From positions 24,303 through 88,302 of the forward strand of contig JBEKCB010000021.1 in the NCBI GenBank assembly GCA_050015075.1: a DNA stretch of 64,000 nt. Direction: 5' to 3'. This DNA comes from Candidatus Brocadiia bacterium. Its GTDB lineage: Bacteria > Planctomycetota > Brocadiia > CAIUPP01. The notes beneath the pieces were generated by a model. That model was not told the DNA's origin. It saw only the letters and a list, made by a program, of their open reading frames with translations, and did not search any database. This document shows, one piece after another, positions 1 to 9,782 of this stretch. Each line of letters begins with the position of its first letter. Positions within the stretch are counted from its first letter, which is position 1. A program made the translations under genes and the position numbers.

Positions 1-143
1 CGATAGTGCTCTTCAGCGACGTCACCTCGTTTTCGGCGACCATCCAGAACACGCCGACGAATTCGGTCGTCCAGCTCACCTGTACGTGCGTCGACGGGAC
101 TGAGACGGTTACCATGTCCACGCAGGCCTTGATGAGGAATTGA
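1..143 (+). CDS. 3' end of a probable minor pilin/pseudopilin (PilW/GspJ-like), truncated by the window edge
   Basis: Open frame from position 3 (IVLFSDVTSFSATIQNTPTNSVVQLTCTCVDGTETVTMSTQALMRN*). The C-terminal 'RN' is typical of PilW-like proteins. The stop abuts the pilX-like gene. Confidence 0.5.
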   Translation, partial: IVLFSDVTSFSATIQNTPTNSVVQLTCTCVDGTETVTMSTQALMRN

Positions 144-145
144 TC

Positions 146-1564
146 ATGCGCCCGAAAATCCGCAGAGTCCGCGGGCGACCCATTCCACAGCGAGCGACGC
201 AGTGCGGCATGGTATTGCCCTACGCTCTGTTCGTCACCGTCCTGATCCTGATCCTGGGGCTGGCGTTCCTGCAGACGAGCGCCACCGAAAGCCTCGTGGC
301 CACCCGCAACGTGCAGCGCCTCCAGGCCAACGCCGCGGCCGAGTACGGCATCGCCCGCGCTCGCGCCATGGCCGACAGCCAGTTCGGCGTCTGGTTTGCG
401 ATGACGTACAACGGCAGTCCCCTCAACTGGGCCACGAGCCCCTATTACAGCGGACACAGCATCTGCAACCTGTTCACCAACCAGACCGTTCCCTCTTTCT
501 CCACGGCGACTTACTCGGTGGTGATCGAGGACCTGACCGGCGACGTGGTCACCAGCGGCACCTACCGCATTCACGGTTACGGCACGGTCGGCACTTACAC
601 CCGGCAAGTGTCGCTCGATTCCCAGGCGCTCACCTTTGCCTCGTTCGGATGGCTCACCAACTCCGAGAACGGCGTCTGGTTCAGAACCGGCGACTGGCTC
701 AGCGGTCTGATCTGGACCAACGGCCAGTTCAACATTGACGGTAACCCCTCGTTCAACGGCCCCGTTTACAGCGGGAGCGGCACCATCAACTACATGAACG
801 GAGGCCCGCCGAATGATAATCCGACGTTCGCCGACGGCATTACCTACAACGCGGGCAACATCAACATCTCCTCGCTGATCAGCGGCGGCCAGATCACCGC
901 GATCCAGAACGCCGCCAACAGCGGCGGAATTTCCGAGCCCTCCAACAGCGGCCGCGGCTACACCTTGACCTTCAATCCCGCCGGCACGTTCACCCTCGTG
1001 AAGAACGGCGTCGGCGGCATGCACCCCGTCGCGCCGGTTACCCTCTACAATAACGCTGCGATCTCGACGATCAACGGCGCCTTCTACTTCCAGGACCCCG
1101 TCCAGGTCAGCGGCACCATTGACGGACAGGTCACCGTCGCCACCTCGTCGGGCAACGATATTGATATCACCGGCAACCTGGTCTATTCCTATCCCGCAAC
1201 CCCCGCGTCTATGTTCGTCGCCGGCTTCAACCAGAGCGACCCGCTCCTGACGAGCAAATGCGCCCTCATCTCCGGCGGCAACCTCGTCATAGACCAGACC
1301 TGGTCGGGCGGTTGGACGGACATGTACGTCACAGCAGTCTGCGCCTCGGTGACCGGCTCCTTCGAGAACCAATACTACACGAACTCGCCGCAGAAAACGC
1401 TCCACTTGTACGGCGGCATCACCCAGATGACGCGCGGCGCCGTTGGAACCGTATCGGGCACCGGCTTTCTGAAGGATTACCTTTACGACACGCGTTTCAT
1501 GACGTCGCCGCCGCCGTTCCTGCCGCCCGTCGGCGCCCAGTTCAGCAACTGGCAGCTCCATTGA
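146..1564 (+). CDS. PilX/GspK-like minor pilin with large C-terminal beta domain (DUF4900-like)
   Basis: Basic leader, then G|MVLPYALFVTVLILILGLAFL (class III signal lacking Glu5, as in PilX). It has the 'ANAAAEYGI' PilX N-terminal motif and a C-terminal 'KDYLYDTRF..PPPFLP'. Confidence 0.75.
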   Translation: MRPKIRRVRGRPIPQRATQCGMVLPYALFVTVLILILGLAFLQTSATESLVATRNVQRLQANAAAEYGIARARAMADSQFGVWFAMTYNGSPLNWATSPYYSGHSICNLFTNQTVPSFSTATYSVVIEDLTGDVVTSGTYRIHGYGTVGTYTRQVSLDSQALTFASFGWLTNSENGVWFRTGDWLSGLIWTNGQFNIDGNPSFNGPVYSGSGTINYMNGGPPNDNPTFADGITYNAGNINISSLISGGQITAIQNAANSGGISEPSNSGRGYTLTFNPAGTFTLVKNGVGGMHPVAPVTLYNNAAISTINGAFYFQDPVQVSGTIDGQVTVATSSGNDIDITGNLVYSYPATPASMFVAGFNQSDPLLTSKCALISGGNLVIDQTWSGGWTDMYVTAVCASVTGSFENQYYTNSPQKTLHLYGGITQMTRGAVGTVSGTGFLKDYLYDTRFMTSPPPFLPPVGAQFSNWQLH

Positions 1565-1653
1565 TTGAGCAGGGCACACATGCAACACCGCGAAGGACAT
1601 GAAGGGCCGAGGCGCAATACAATGAAACTCGCGGATTTTCTTTTTCGCGGGGG

Positions 1654-1678
1654 TCAATTTTGCGCCGATTACGCCGAT
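1654..1678 (+). promoter_or_regulatory. Candidate sigma28 (FliA)-type promoter upstream of pilM
   Basis: TCAA(1654-57)-N15-GCCGAT(1673-78), compared with the consensus TAAA-N15-GCCGATAA. Confidence 0.45.
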
Positions 1679-1787
1679 GTCAATAACAGCGGGGTTGTGC
1701 CGCGCGAAGGAAATGAAGCATTCGGCTGCCCGCGGTCAGCCAAGGGCTGAAAGCGACTAGCCCCCGAATGGGAGGAAAAAAAGGCGC

Positions 1788-2888
1788 ATGATCCTAGGAA
1801 ATGCCACGACTCTGGGCCTGGACCTCGGCGCTACGGGCGTGCGCGCCGCCGAAGTCGCCTGGCAGGGAGGCCGCCCGACCCTCGTGCGCTGGGCGGCCGC
1901 CGATTTCCCGGTCGAGGTGACCGACTGGCGCGCCATTGACCGGCCCGCCATGGTGGCCTCGATTCGCGGGATGCTCTCGCAGGCGCGCATGGACAAAATC
2001 AAATGGGCGGCCCATTCCATCAGCGGCGAATCGGTCGCCCTTCAGTACTTCAATTTCCCCAAACTCATGGCCGAGGACGTCGCCGAGGCGGTCCGCATCG
2101 AAGCCGAGACCGCGCTGCCGTTCCGCGCCGACGGCGCGCTCATCTCCTACGTACTCTACCCCGAGCAGCGCTCCGCCGCGGGGAAAGCGCGCAGCCACGG
2201 ACTGGCGATCGCCGCCGACGGCCAGTTCGCCAAAACGCGCATGGACATCCTCCGAGAAGCGCGCCTGGAACCGTTCTGCATCGAGACCGACGCCACCGCC
2301 ACCTGCAACGCCTTCCTCGCCACGCACGGCTTGAAAGGCGCCGGCGCCGGCACCACCGCGCTCGTCAACATCGGCTACCAGCGCAGCAACCTGGCCGTCC
2401 TCAACAGCAAAGGCACGCTGCTCATCCGCGACGTTCCCTGGGGCGGCGTCCATTTTACCAAGGCCCTCGGCGAACTCATGGGCGGCCCGGTCGAAGAGGC
2501 CGAAGGGACGAAGCGCGCGGACTGGAATGAGGGGGAGGCCGCGGCCAATCCTCAATCGCAAAGCCGCATCCAGGAAGCCATCCGCACCGGCGCCAAGGAG
2601 TTCGTCGGCCGCTTGCACGACACCATCGAATACTGGGTGAGCGAACAGCTCGCCGACAGCCTGGAACACGTCTTCATCACCGGCGGCGGTTCCCAGGTCC
2701 ACGGCCTGCCGGAATTCCTCGCCGATTCGCTCGCCGTCCCCGTCGAGCGATGGTCGCCGCTGCTGGATGCCGAAAGCCGAACCTCGAATGCGGAATCCGA
2801 CGCCCGCAATCCGAAGTCCGAAATCCATAAGTGGACCTACCGCATGAGCGTGGCCTTCGGGCTTGCCCTGCGGCGGTTCGGAGAATAA
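1788..2888 (+). CDS. pilM: Type IV pilus assembly protein PilM (actin-like ATPase fold)
   Basis: 'LGLDLGATGVR' phosphate-1 motif, 'LVNIGYQRS', 'VFITGGGSQVHGL' and C-terminal 'VAFGLALR'. It heads the pilMNOP-secretin block. Confidence 0.9.
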   Translation: MILGNATTLGLDLGATGVRAAEVAWQGGRPTLVRWAAADFPVEVTDWRAIDRPAMVASIRGMLSQARMDKIKWAAHSISGESVALQYFNFPKLMAEDVAEAVRIEAETALPFRADGALISYVLYPEQRSAAGKARSHGLAIAADGQFAKTRMDILREARLEPFCIETDATATCNAFLATHGLKGAGAGTTALVNIGYQRSNLAVLNSKGTLLIRDVPWGGVHFTKALGELMGGPVEEAEGTKRADWNEGEAAANPQSQSRIQEAIRTGAKEFVGRLHDTIEYWVSEQLADSLEHVFITGGGSQVHGLPEFLADSLAVPVERWSPLLDAESRTSNAESDARNPKSEIHKWTYRMSVAFGLALRRFGE

Positions 2889-2949
2889 TAGAGCGAAGCT
2901 GAACGCTCGTCACGGATAGCTGAGAGTTTTTCGAGGAGTCGTTCCGGCA

Positions 2950-3630
2950 ATGGCCAACGCACCAAACGAAGTCCGCCTCTTCGAGGTCAACCTGATCAGC
3001 GATCAGGTCAGTATGCTGCTGCGCCGGAGGGCCTTCCAGCAACTTTCCGGGATCGCGGCCGTGCTGATGCTGGTCGCGGGAACGGTCCTGGCGTTCTTGA
3101 TGGCCATGCACCTGATCACGGCCCTCCACATGCGAAGCGGGACCCAGATCAAGATCCAGGAACTCGCGGACCTGCAGAAGATCTGCACAGAACTCGATAA
3201 CCAACGCGAGAATGCGAAGAAGCGCGCGGACGCCGTGGCGCCGCTGCTGCCGATCGCGCGCCAGCGCGTGGCGTGGGCGCCCAAGCTCGCCGCCGCGGCC
3301 GCCGCCCTGCCGCCCGGCACCGGCATCGTCAGCCTCCAAGCCACCCAGCGCGATGTCTTCGTCGTCCGCACCCCCGCCGGCCCGAAGTCCGGACCCTCCG
3401 CGTTTGCCGCGCAGGACGAGGCTGGCCTGCCGCAGATCGCCCTCGCCATCCTCTACAGGTCTGCGCCAGGCGTCGAGGACAACCTCGGCTTGTATGCGGA
3501 GCGCCTCAAGAAAGATGCGACGTTCATGAACAAGTTTGACTCCGTCCACCTGGTGGCCATGGAGCAGGATTCCTGGGGGGGCAAGCCGGTGGAGGTTCTA
3601 CATATCCACGCACAGGGGACGCCGAAATGA
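2950..3630 (+). CDS. PilN-like protein
   Basis: N-terminal 'EVNLI' (the PilN INLL motif), one TM helix and a coiled coil. It follows pilM. Confidence 0.7.
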   Translation: MANAPNEVRLFEVNLISDQVSMLLRRRAFQQLSGIAAVLMLVAGTVLAFLMAMHLITALHMRSGTQIKIQELADLQKICTELDNQRENAKKRADAVAPLLPIARQRVAWAPKLAAAAAALPPGTGIVSLQATQRDVFVVRTPAGPKSGPSAFAAQDEAGLPQIALAILYRSAPGVEDNLGLYAERLKKDATFMNKFDSVHLVAMEQDSWGGKPVEVLHIHAQGTPK

Positions 3631-4199
3631 AACATAACTGGTCACTCGTGGTGGTGATCCTCTTCATGCTCGCAGCCGGAGCGGCCGAACGCTTCAGCGC
3701 TTACTACGTCCATAGCCTGGAGGCCAAAGACAAGGCCCTGGTCCGGCAAGCCGACGAGATGAGAATCCGGACCGATGGCGCCGCCGCGGAGACGAAGAAG
3801 TATCAGGAGATCGAACGTCTCGCCGTCCGCGTCCAGGACCAGATCCGCTGGGAGCCGGACAGCACCCGCGTCATGCGGTCGTTCGGCGACATCGCTGCGG
3901 GATTGGGCGTGAAGCTCGTCGAGACCCGCACTGTCGCGGTCAGTTCGGAGAACAAGCTTGTGGCCGGAGGCGCCTACCAGAGGATGCGCATTGAGTCGCG
4001 CCTCGTGGGTTCGTTCTGGAGCCTGGTTCAATTTGTGGACAGCATCGAGCGCAGTGCGCAGCCGATGGTGGTCGAGAACCTCGGCATGACGGCCGACCGC
4101 GACAAGGTCGGCACCGGCGAACTGCGCATGACCGTTTCCGCGCTTTATCCTGCCGAGCCTTCGCCGGGATCGGGCGCAACCACAGGGGATGTCAAATGA
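3627..4199 (+). CDS. PilO/GspM-like protein
   Basis: N-terminal TM and coiled coil; 'GSFWSLVQFVDSIERS..MVVENL' matches the PilO ferredoxin-like pattern. ATGA overlaps with both neighbours. Confidence 0.7.
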   Translation: MKHNWSLVVVILFMLAAGAAERFSAYYVHSLEAKDKALVRQADEMRIRTDGAAAETKKYQEIERLAVRVQDQIRWEPDSTRVMRSFGDIAAGLGVKLVETRTVAVSSENKLVAGGAYQRMRIESRLVGSFWSLVQFVDSIERSAQPMVVENLGMTADRDKVGTGELRMTVSALYPAEPSPGSGATTGDVK

Positions 4200-4750
4200 G
4201 CCAGCGGAACAAACTCATTCTCCTGGGCGCGCTCGTGCTCCTCCTGGGGCTCATGGCTTACGTCCAGTTGGGGCGGTCGAAAGAGCCGGCGCCGCGCAAC
4301 GAGAGTGCTCCGCCCTCGCCGGCGACGGCGTCCGCGCCCGCGACCGCGACCGCCGGCGCCGCAGCCACAACGGCCGACTCGCCCCAGGATGCAGGGCCGT
4401 CCGCGGCCGACCTCCGGGATCTGGCCGGCTGGTTCGACGTCCTTGGCCCTACCGGCGCCAACGTCGCAAGAGGCAGCTCGCCGGCCTTCGGCATAGCCAT
4501 GGCGGCGCCGCAGCCCGCGGCCGAGGCGACCCCGCAAAATCCCGCGCAGATACCCTGGGCGACGGAGCCGGGCAAGCTCGATGGGATTGTCAAGGTCGGC
4601 GCCGGCCCCGGCAAGGCGGTTTTCCAGGGCGAATTCTACCAGGTCGGCGATAGAGTCCGTGGAACGAGTTTCATCATCGTCGCCGTGGACGATGATTTCG
4701 TGACTCTCAAGAGTGGCGACCATGTGATCTGGCGCTTTTGGCATGACTGA
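4196..4750 (+). CDS. PilP/GspC-like protein
   Basis: TM anchor, Pro/Ala linker and a C-terminal beta domain ('KLDGIV...KAVFQGEFYQVGDRV'). It lies between the pilO-like gene and the secretin. Confidence 0.55.
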   Translation: MSQRNKLILLGALVLLLGLMAYVQLGRSKEPAPRNESAPPSPATASAPATATAGAAATTADSPQDAGPSAADLRDLAGWFDVLGPTGANVARGSSPAFGIAMAAPQPAAEATPQNPAQIPWATEPGKLDGIVKVGAGPGKAVFQGEFYQVGDRVRGTSFIIVAVDDDFVTLKSGDHVIWRFWHD

Positions 4751-6482
4751 AAGGAACCCCATGCGGTATGCACACGACTCAATGAAACACAGTCATCGCA
4801 GTGGCGGCAACCTGCCGTCCGGCCTCTGCACGGCGACCTGCCTGTTCCTGCTGGCGTTCTGCGCCGGAGTCTGCGGCGCCCAGCAGGAACCTCCCAAGCC
4901 GACGGACACCAGTTCCGCCCAGGCCGCCCCGATACCGGAAGCGCCTAAGCCGGCGGACAACAGTCTCGCCCAGGCCAGCCCGAAACCGGAAGCGCCCAAG
5001 CCGGCGGATACCGGGTTCGCCCAGACCAGCCCGGGCCAGGGCAAGGGCCTGGATACCGTCGTCAGCGTGCGCGTCAGCGAAATGGAACTGCCACAGGCGC
5101 TGCGTCTGCTGCACGACGCCTCCGGCATCAACTTCGCCATGGGCAGCGATGTGAAGGGCAAGGTGACGTGCAGCATCAAAGACAAGACCGCGCGCACCGT
5201 TTTGAACGCCTTCCTGGAGCCGAACGGTTATGATTACGTGGAGAAGGACGGCGTGCTGATCATCCAGGCAGCCAGCAAGAGTCCCAAGCCCGAAGGTCCC
5301 CCCTCCGGCATGCAGCAGGGCAAGATCGTCCGCCGCTCGTTCACCATTCCATACCTGGGCAGCGAGATCCTCACTGATGTCGTGGGCGGCGTCGAGAGTG
5401 GCGGCGGCGGCGGCAACACGGTGGCGCAGCCCGTCGCATCCAAGGCCATGGACCAGGTCATCCGCGAGATGCTCTCGCCGGCCGGGAAGATGGTGTTCTA
5501 CGACCGCGAGCATCTCATCATCATTGAAGACTACGAGCAGATCATCCAGAACGTCGCCGACCTGGTCGAGCAACTCTGGGCCGTGCCGGCGCAGGTCTAC
5601 ATTGACTCCAAGCTGCTCGAAGTGGACCTCAACGACGACAGCGCCATGGGCCTGCAGTGGCAGGTGGCGCAGGCGCCCGCCAACCGCACGAACTTCCCGC
5701 CCACCACGAGCGCGACCATCGTCCCGAATCCCCTCCTGGCCGGGAATCCGGGCACGGCGCTGGCCGGATACACGCCGACCGTGCCGACGTTCTCGGGGCA
5801 GAATGGGAACGGGTTCATTTTCGGCATCTCGAACCAGCACGTGGATGTTTTCCTGACCGCGCTCGCCGCGCGCAGTCGCGTGGATACGCGCAGCAACCCG
5901 CGCCTGCTGGTGGTGAACCATCGCAAGGCCACCATCGTCGCCGGCGAGGAAGTGCCGTACCTGACCAGCATTCAGAGCACCGGCGCGGAGCCGATCCAGA
6001 CCTACTCGTTCAAGGAGGTCGCGGTGCATCTCGAGGTCACGCCGCACGCGTCGGAAGACGGCATGATCTTCATGGACGTCCACCCGACCGTGAAAAACGT
6101 GATCGGCTTCACCGGATCGCCGGCCCAGCCGGTCCTGAGCGTCCGCGAGGCCTCGACCAGCGTCGTCATGCCGGACGCGACCACGCTGATCATCGGCGGC
6201 CTGCTGAAACGGGACATCAACAAGTCGTGGCAGGAAGTGCCGTTCCTCGCGCGGATTCCGCTCATCGGCTGGCTCTTCCAGCAGAAGGCCGCCTCCGACG
6301 AGAAAGACGATCTGATTTTCCTGGTCAACCCGCGCATCGTAACGCCGAAGTTGATGAAGGAACTGGCCAAGCAGAACAATGCGGCGAGGCTGCACGACGA
6401 CATGGATTTCAGGAAGAGCCCCCGTAACGCCGAACCGCCTGAACACTCAGGCGAATCTCCGGCGGACAAGTCGAAGTGGTAA
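4743..6482 (+). CDS. pilQ: Secretin (PilQ/GspD family) with STN/N0 domain
   Basis: Signal peptide, 'QVYIDSKLLEV', 'NPRLLVVNHRKATIVAGEEVPY' and 'VPFLARIPLIGWLF..DDLIFLVNPRIV'. The true start may lie slightly downstream. Confidence 0.9.
   Translation: MTERNPMRYAHDSMKHSHRSGGNLPSGLCTATCLFLLAFCAGVCGAQQEPPKPTDTSSAQAAPIPEAPKPADNSLAQASPKPEAPKPADTGFAQTSPGQGKGLDTVVSVRVSEMELPQALRLLHDASGINFAMGSDVKGKVTCSIKDKTARTVLNAFLEPNGYDYVEKDGVLIIQAASKSPKPEGPPSGMQQGKIVRRSFTIPYLGSEILTDVVGGVESGGGGGNTVAQPVASKAMDQVIREMLSPAGKMVFYDREHLIIIEDYEQIIQNVADLVEQLWAVPAQVYIDSKLLEVDLNDDSAMGLQWQVAQAPANRTNFPPTTSATIVPNPLLAGNPGTALAGYTPTVPTFSGQNGNGFIFGISNQHVDVFLTALAARSRVDTRSNPRLLVVNHRKATIVAGEEVPYLTSIQSTGAEPIQTYSFKEVAVHLEVTPHASEDGMIFMDVHPTVKNVIGFTGSPAQPVLSVREASTSVVMPDATTLIIGGLLKRDINKSWQEVPFLARIPLIGWLFQQKAASDEKDDLIFLVNPRIVTPKLMKELAKQNNAARLHDDMDFRKSPRNAEPPEHSGESPADKSKW
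4887..5039 (+). repeat. Three tandem 51-nt (17-aa) repeats in the secretin N-terminal linker
   Basis: EPPKPTDTSSAQAAPIP / EAPKPADNSLAQASPKP / EAPKPADTGFAQTSPGQ. Confidence 0.85.
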
Positions 6483-6561
6483 GAGAGAGGGATGAAGCGC
6501 GGGCGATGATGACGGCTGAAGCCTTTCATCAGCCGTCCGCCGGCTTCTGACTTAGACAACT

Positions 6562-7809
6562 ATGCCCACTTTTACGTTTGCAGCCGTGGACGAGGCCGGG
6601 AAGTCGATCTCCGGCGTGCGCGCGGCCGCCACGCGGCAAGAGGTCATCAGCCGCCTGCGCGCGGAGAACTTCGTCGTGACCTCCGTCGCCGAAGAGAGCG
6701 CCGCCGGCGCCTCCGACGCGAAGAGCCCCGGCCGAGTCGCCGCCGCTTTCGAGTCGGTCTTCGGCAACAAGGTCAAGCAGGCCGACCTGATGATCTTCTC
6801 GCGGCAGTTCGCGGCCATGCTCAAGGCGGGCATCTCGCTGACCGATGCGCTGCACACCATCTCGCACAGCGTCAACAATCCGTTGCTGCGCCAGACGCTG
6901 CAGACGGTGCGCACGGACGTGCAGCGCGGGCAGTCGCTCACCGAGGCGATGCGCCGGCATCGGCGCGCGTTCGACCCGCTCTTCCTGAGCATCGTGCACG
7001 CCGGCGAGACGAGCGGTTCGCTCGCCCAGAACGTGACGCGCCTCTCGCTGTACCTTCAGCGCCGCGAAGGGTTCCGCCTGAAGCTGCGCGCGGCCACCGC
7101 TTACCCGAAGTTCGTCGTGGTCTTCTTCTCGCTGCTGACCGGCGGCATCTTCCTCTTCCTCATTCCGAAGTTCAACGACCTCTTCAAGTCGTTCGGCGCG
7201 AAACTGCCGAAGCTGACCGCCACGGTCATGAACATGAGCCTCTTCATGAAGCATTACTTCCTGATCATCCTGCCGGTCCTCATCGTGCTGATCGTCACGC
7301 TGCTGGTGCTGCGGCGCACGCCCAAGGGCGGCGCGCTGGTGGACCGCTACGTCCTGAAGATCCCCTTCTTCGGTCCGCTGTTCCTTCATGCGGCGGTGGC
7401 GCGCCTGGCGATGACGCTGAGCACCCTGCTCTCGAACGGCCTGCCGCTGACCGACGCGCTGGAGATCGCCACCGGGACGATGGGCAATGCGGTGCTCGAA
7501 GAGGGCTGCCAGCGCGCGCGTAAAGATGTGATGAGCGGTTCGAGCCTGGCGGAAAGCCTCAGCCGCGTCGAGGAACTCCCGCGCCTGCTGCCGCGCATGG
7601 TGCGCGTGGGCGAGGAGGCCGGCACGCTGAGCAGCATGCTCGAGGACGTGGCAAGCTACTACGACCAGGAAGTGGATTACGCGCTCGGGCGCATCGCCGT
7701 GGTGATCGAGCCGGTGCTGATCTGCGGCATGGGCGCGGTGGTGCTCGTGGTGGTCATAGCGGTTTACCTGCCGATCTTCAGCATCGGACAGATGATGGGC
7801 GGCCATTGA
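6562..7809 (+). CDS. pilC: Type IV pilus inner-membrane platform protein PilC/GspF
   Basis: Two T2SSF repeats ('FSRQFAAMLKAGISL', 'GETSGSL', 'GEEAGTL') and C-terminal 'IEPVLI..AVYLPIF'. Confidence 0.93.
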   Translation: MPTFTFAAVDEAGKSISGVRAAATRQEVISRLRAENFVVTSVAEESAAGASDAKSPGRVAAAFESVFGNKVKQADLMIFSRQFAAMLKAGISLTDALHTISHSVNNPLLRQTLQTVRTDVQRGQSLTEAMRRHRRAFDPLFLSIVHAGETSGSLAQNVTRLSLYLQRREGFRLKLRAATAYPKFVVVFFSLLTGGIFLFLIPKFNDLFKSFGAKLPKLTATVMNMSLFMKHYFLIILPVLIVLIVTLLVLRRTPKGGALVDRYVLKIPFFGPLFLHAAVARLAMTLSTLLSNGLPLTDALEIATGTMGNAVLEEGCQRARKDVMSGSSLAESLSRVEELPRLLPRMVRVGEEAGTLSSMLEDVASYYDQEVDYALGRIAVVIEPVLICGMGAVVLVVVIAVYLPIFSIGQMMGGH

Positions 7810-7843
7810 CGAATGGCCACGACGGCCGTATTCGGTCATCGGC

Positions 7844-9736
7844 ATGACAGGGAGGTCGTTCGCCGTGGCTGCTTCTTCCGCACCGAATAAGACGGCGTTC
7901 AACAAGCCCCGTCCGGCGAGCACGCCGGCCGAGGACGTCCCGCCCGATACAGTCCCCGAAAAAGACGCGGGCGTCGCCGCGCCCGCTGAGGCGGCCGGCG
8001 ATTCCGAGTCGGGGACGAACGGCACCACGCCCGGCCGGCGCATCGGCGACATCCTCGTGGACCTGGGCTACGCCACGACGACGCAGATTGACCAGGCGAT
8101 CGAAAGCAAGGAAGACGCCTACGCCCGGCTGGGCCAGCGGCTGCTTCGCAAAGGGGTGATCAACGAAGCGCAGCTCGCCTACGCGATGAGCGTGCGGCTG
8201 GGAATCACCTTCACCGAACTGACCGAGCCTTCCGAGACGCAGGCGGCGGCGATTGCGGCGGTGCCGGACCGCATTGCGCGCCGGTACTCGCTGATTCCCC
8301 TGCGCATCGAGGGCAACGTCCTCGTCGTCGCCATGAGCAGCCCGGGCAACGTCTACGCGCTCGACGTGGTCCGCGCGGTGACCGGCTACGAAGTGAAGCC
8401 GGTGGCCGCGCCCGAACACGCCATCCGCCAGGCGCTCGGGCGCTGCTACGGGATCCGTTCCGACCTGCAGAGCAGCGCTTCCGAGCTGGCCACCACCCGG
8501 ACCGAACAGGAGATCGCCCTCAGCGCCGATGAGTCCGTCACGGACACCGAGCAACTGGTCAACGCGGCCGAGGACGCGCCGGTGGTCAAATACGTGGACT
8601 CGCTGATCAACGACTCCATCGCCGGGCGCGCCAGCGATATCCATATCGAGCCCGGCCGCAACGCGGTCTCCGTCCGCGTGCGCGTGGACGGCCGCCTGCG
8701 CCAGACGATCCCGCCGCCCAAGCAGATGCAGAACGCCGTGATCTCGCGCATCAAGATCCTCTCGCGGCTGGACATCGCGGAGAAACGGCTGCCGCTCGAC
8801 GGCCGCATGCGCGCAAAGTTCCAGGGGCGCGAGGTGGACCTGCGCGTTTCCACGCTGCCCTCGATCTACGGCGAGAAGGTCGTGCTGCGAATCCTCGACC
8901 GGGCTTCGGTGCAGCTCGACCTGAACAAGATCATCACCGACGCGAACTTCCTGGCGCACCTGCAGAAGATCCTCGCCCGGCAGAACGGCATGATCCTCGT
9001 CACCGGCCCGACCGGCAGCGGCAAGACCACCACGCTCTACGCGAGCCTTCAATACGTCAAGAACGTCACCAAGAACGTCATCTCCGTCGAAGACCCGATC
9101 GAGTACGAAGTCGAGGGCGTCACGCAGGTGCACGCGCGGCCGGAGATCGGGCTGACCTTCGCGCGCGCGCTGCGGTCCATCCTGCGGCAGGACCCGGACA
9201 TCATCATGGTCGGCGAGATGCGCGACCTCGACACGCTCGAGATCGGCATCCGCTCCGCGCTCACCGGGCACCTGGTCCTGAGCACGATCCATACCAACGA
9301 CTCCGTCTCCACCGTCACGCGTATGGTCAACATGGGCACCGAGCCGTACCTGATCGCCTCGACGCTGATCACGGCCGTCGCGCAACGGCTCGTGCGCTCG
9401 ATTTGCCCGCATTGCAAGGAAGAGTACGACCTGTCCGACCCGGTGCGGGCGCGCATGCACGAGATCCTCAAGCAGGACATTCCGAAGCGGCTCTGGCGCG
9501 GCGCCGGCTGCGCCACCTGCTCCGGGACCGGCTATCGCGGGCGCGCCGCCGTCTTCGAGTATTTCCACCTCGATGATGAGGCGAAAGAACTCGTGACGCG
9601 CCGCGCGTCGGAAACCGAACTGCGCGCCTGCCAGAGAAAGCACTCCTCCGGCAGCCTGCTCGAGAACGCCTTGCGCAAGGCCATCGCGGGAATTACCACT
9701 TTGGAAGACGCCTTCGAATTGGAGATGTCCATCTGA
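7844..9736 (+). CDS. pilB: Type IV pilus extension ATPase PilB/GspE
   Basis: MshEN-like 'RIGDILVDLG' and 'RLGQRLLRKG', 'ASDIHIEP', Walker A GPTGSGKTT, 'LRQDPDIIMVGEMRD' and tetracysteine CPHC...CATC. Confidence 0.95.
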   Translation: MTGRSFAVAASSAPNKTAFNKPRPASTPAEDVPPDTVPEKDAGVAAPAEAAGDSESGTNGTTPGRRIGDILVDLGYATTTQIDQAIESKEDAYARLGQRLLRKGVINEAQLAYAMSVRLGITFTELTEPSETQAAAIAAVPDRIARRYSLIPLRIEGNVLVVAMSSPGNVYALDVVRAVTGYEVKPVAAPEHAIRQALGRCYGIRSDLQSSASELATTRTEQEIALSADESVTDTEQLVNAAEDAPVVKYVDSLINDSIAGRASDIHIEPGRNAVSVRVRVDGRLRQTIPPPKQMQNAVISRIKILSRLDIAEKRLPLDGRMRAKFQGREVDLRVSTLPSIYGEKVVLRILDRASVQLDLNKIITDANFLAHLQKILARQNGMILVTGPTGSGKTTTLYASLQYVKNVTKNVISVEDPIEYEVEGVTQVHARPEIGLTFARALRSILRQDPDIIMVGEMRDLDTLEIGIRSALTGHLVLSTIHTNDSVSTVTRMVNMGTEPYLIASTLITAVAQRLVRSICPHCKEEYDLSDPVRARMHEILKQDIPKRLWRGAGCATCSGTGYRGRAAVFEYFHLDDEAKELVTRRASETELRACQRKHSSGSLLENALRKAIAGITTLEDAFELEMSI

Positions 9737-9782
9737 GAAAGCGGCCACGACCAATTTCCGAATCCAGACAACGGGCTAAGCC

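Noticed and set aside
1565-1787. c-di-GMP riboswitch or the 61-aa ORF upstream of pilM
   Set aside because: The GEMM core motifs are absent. The ORF has a TTG start, no SD and no recognisable features.
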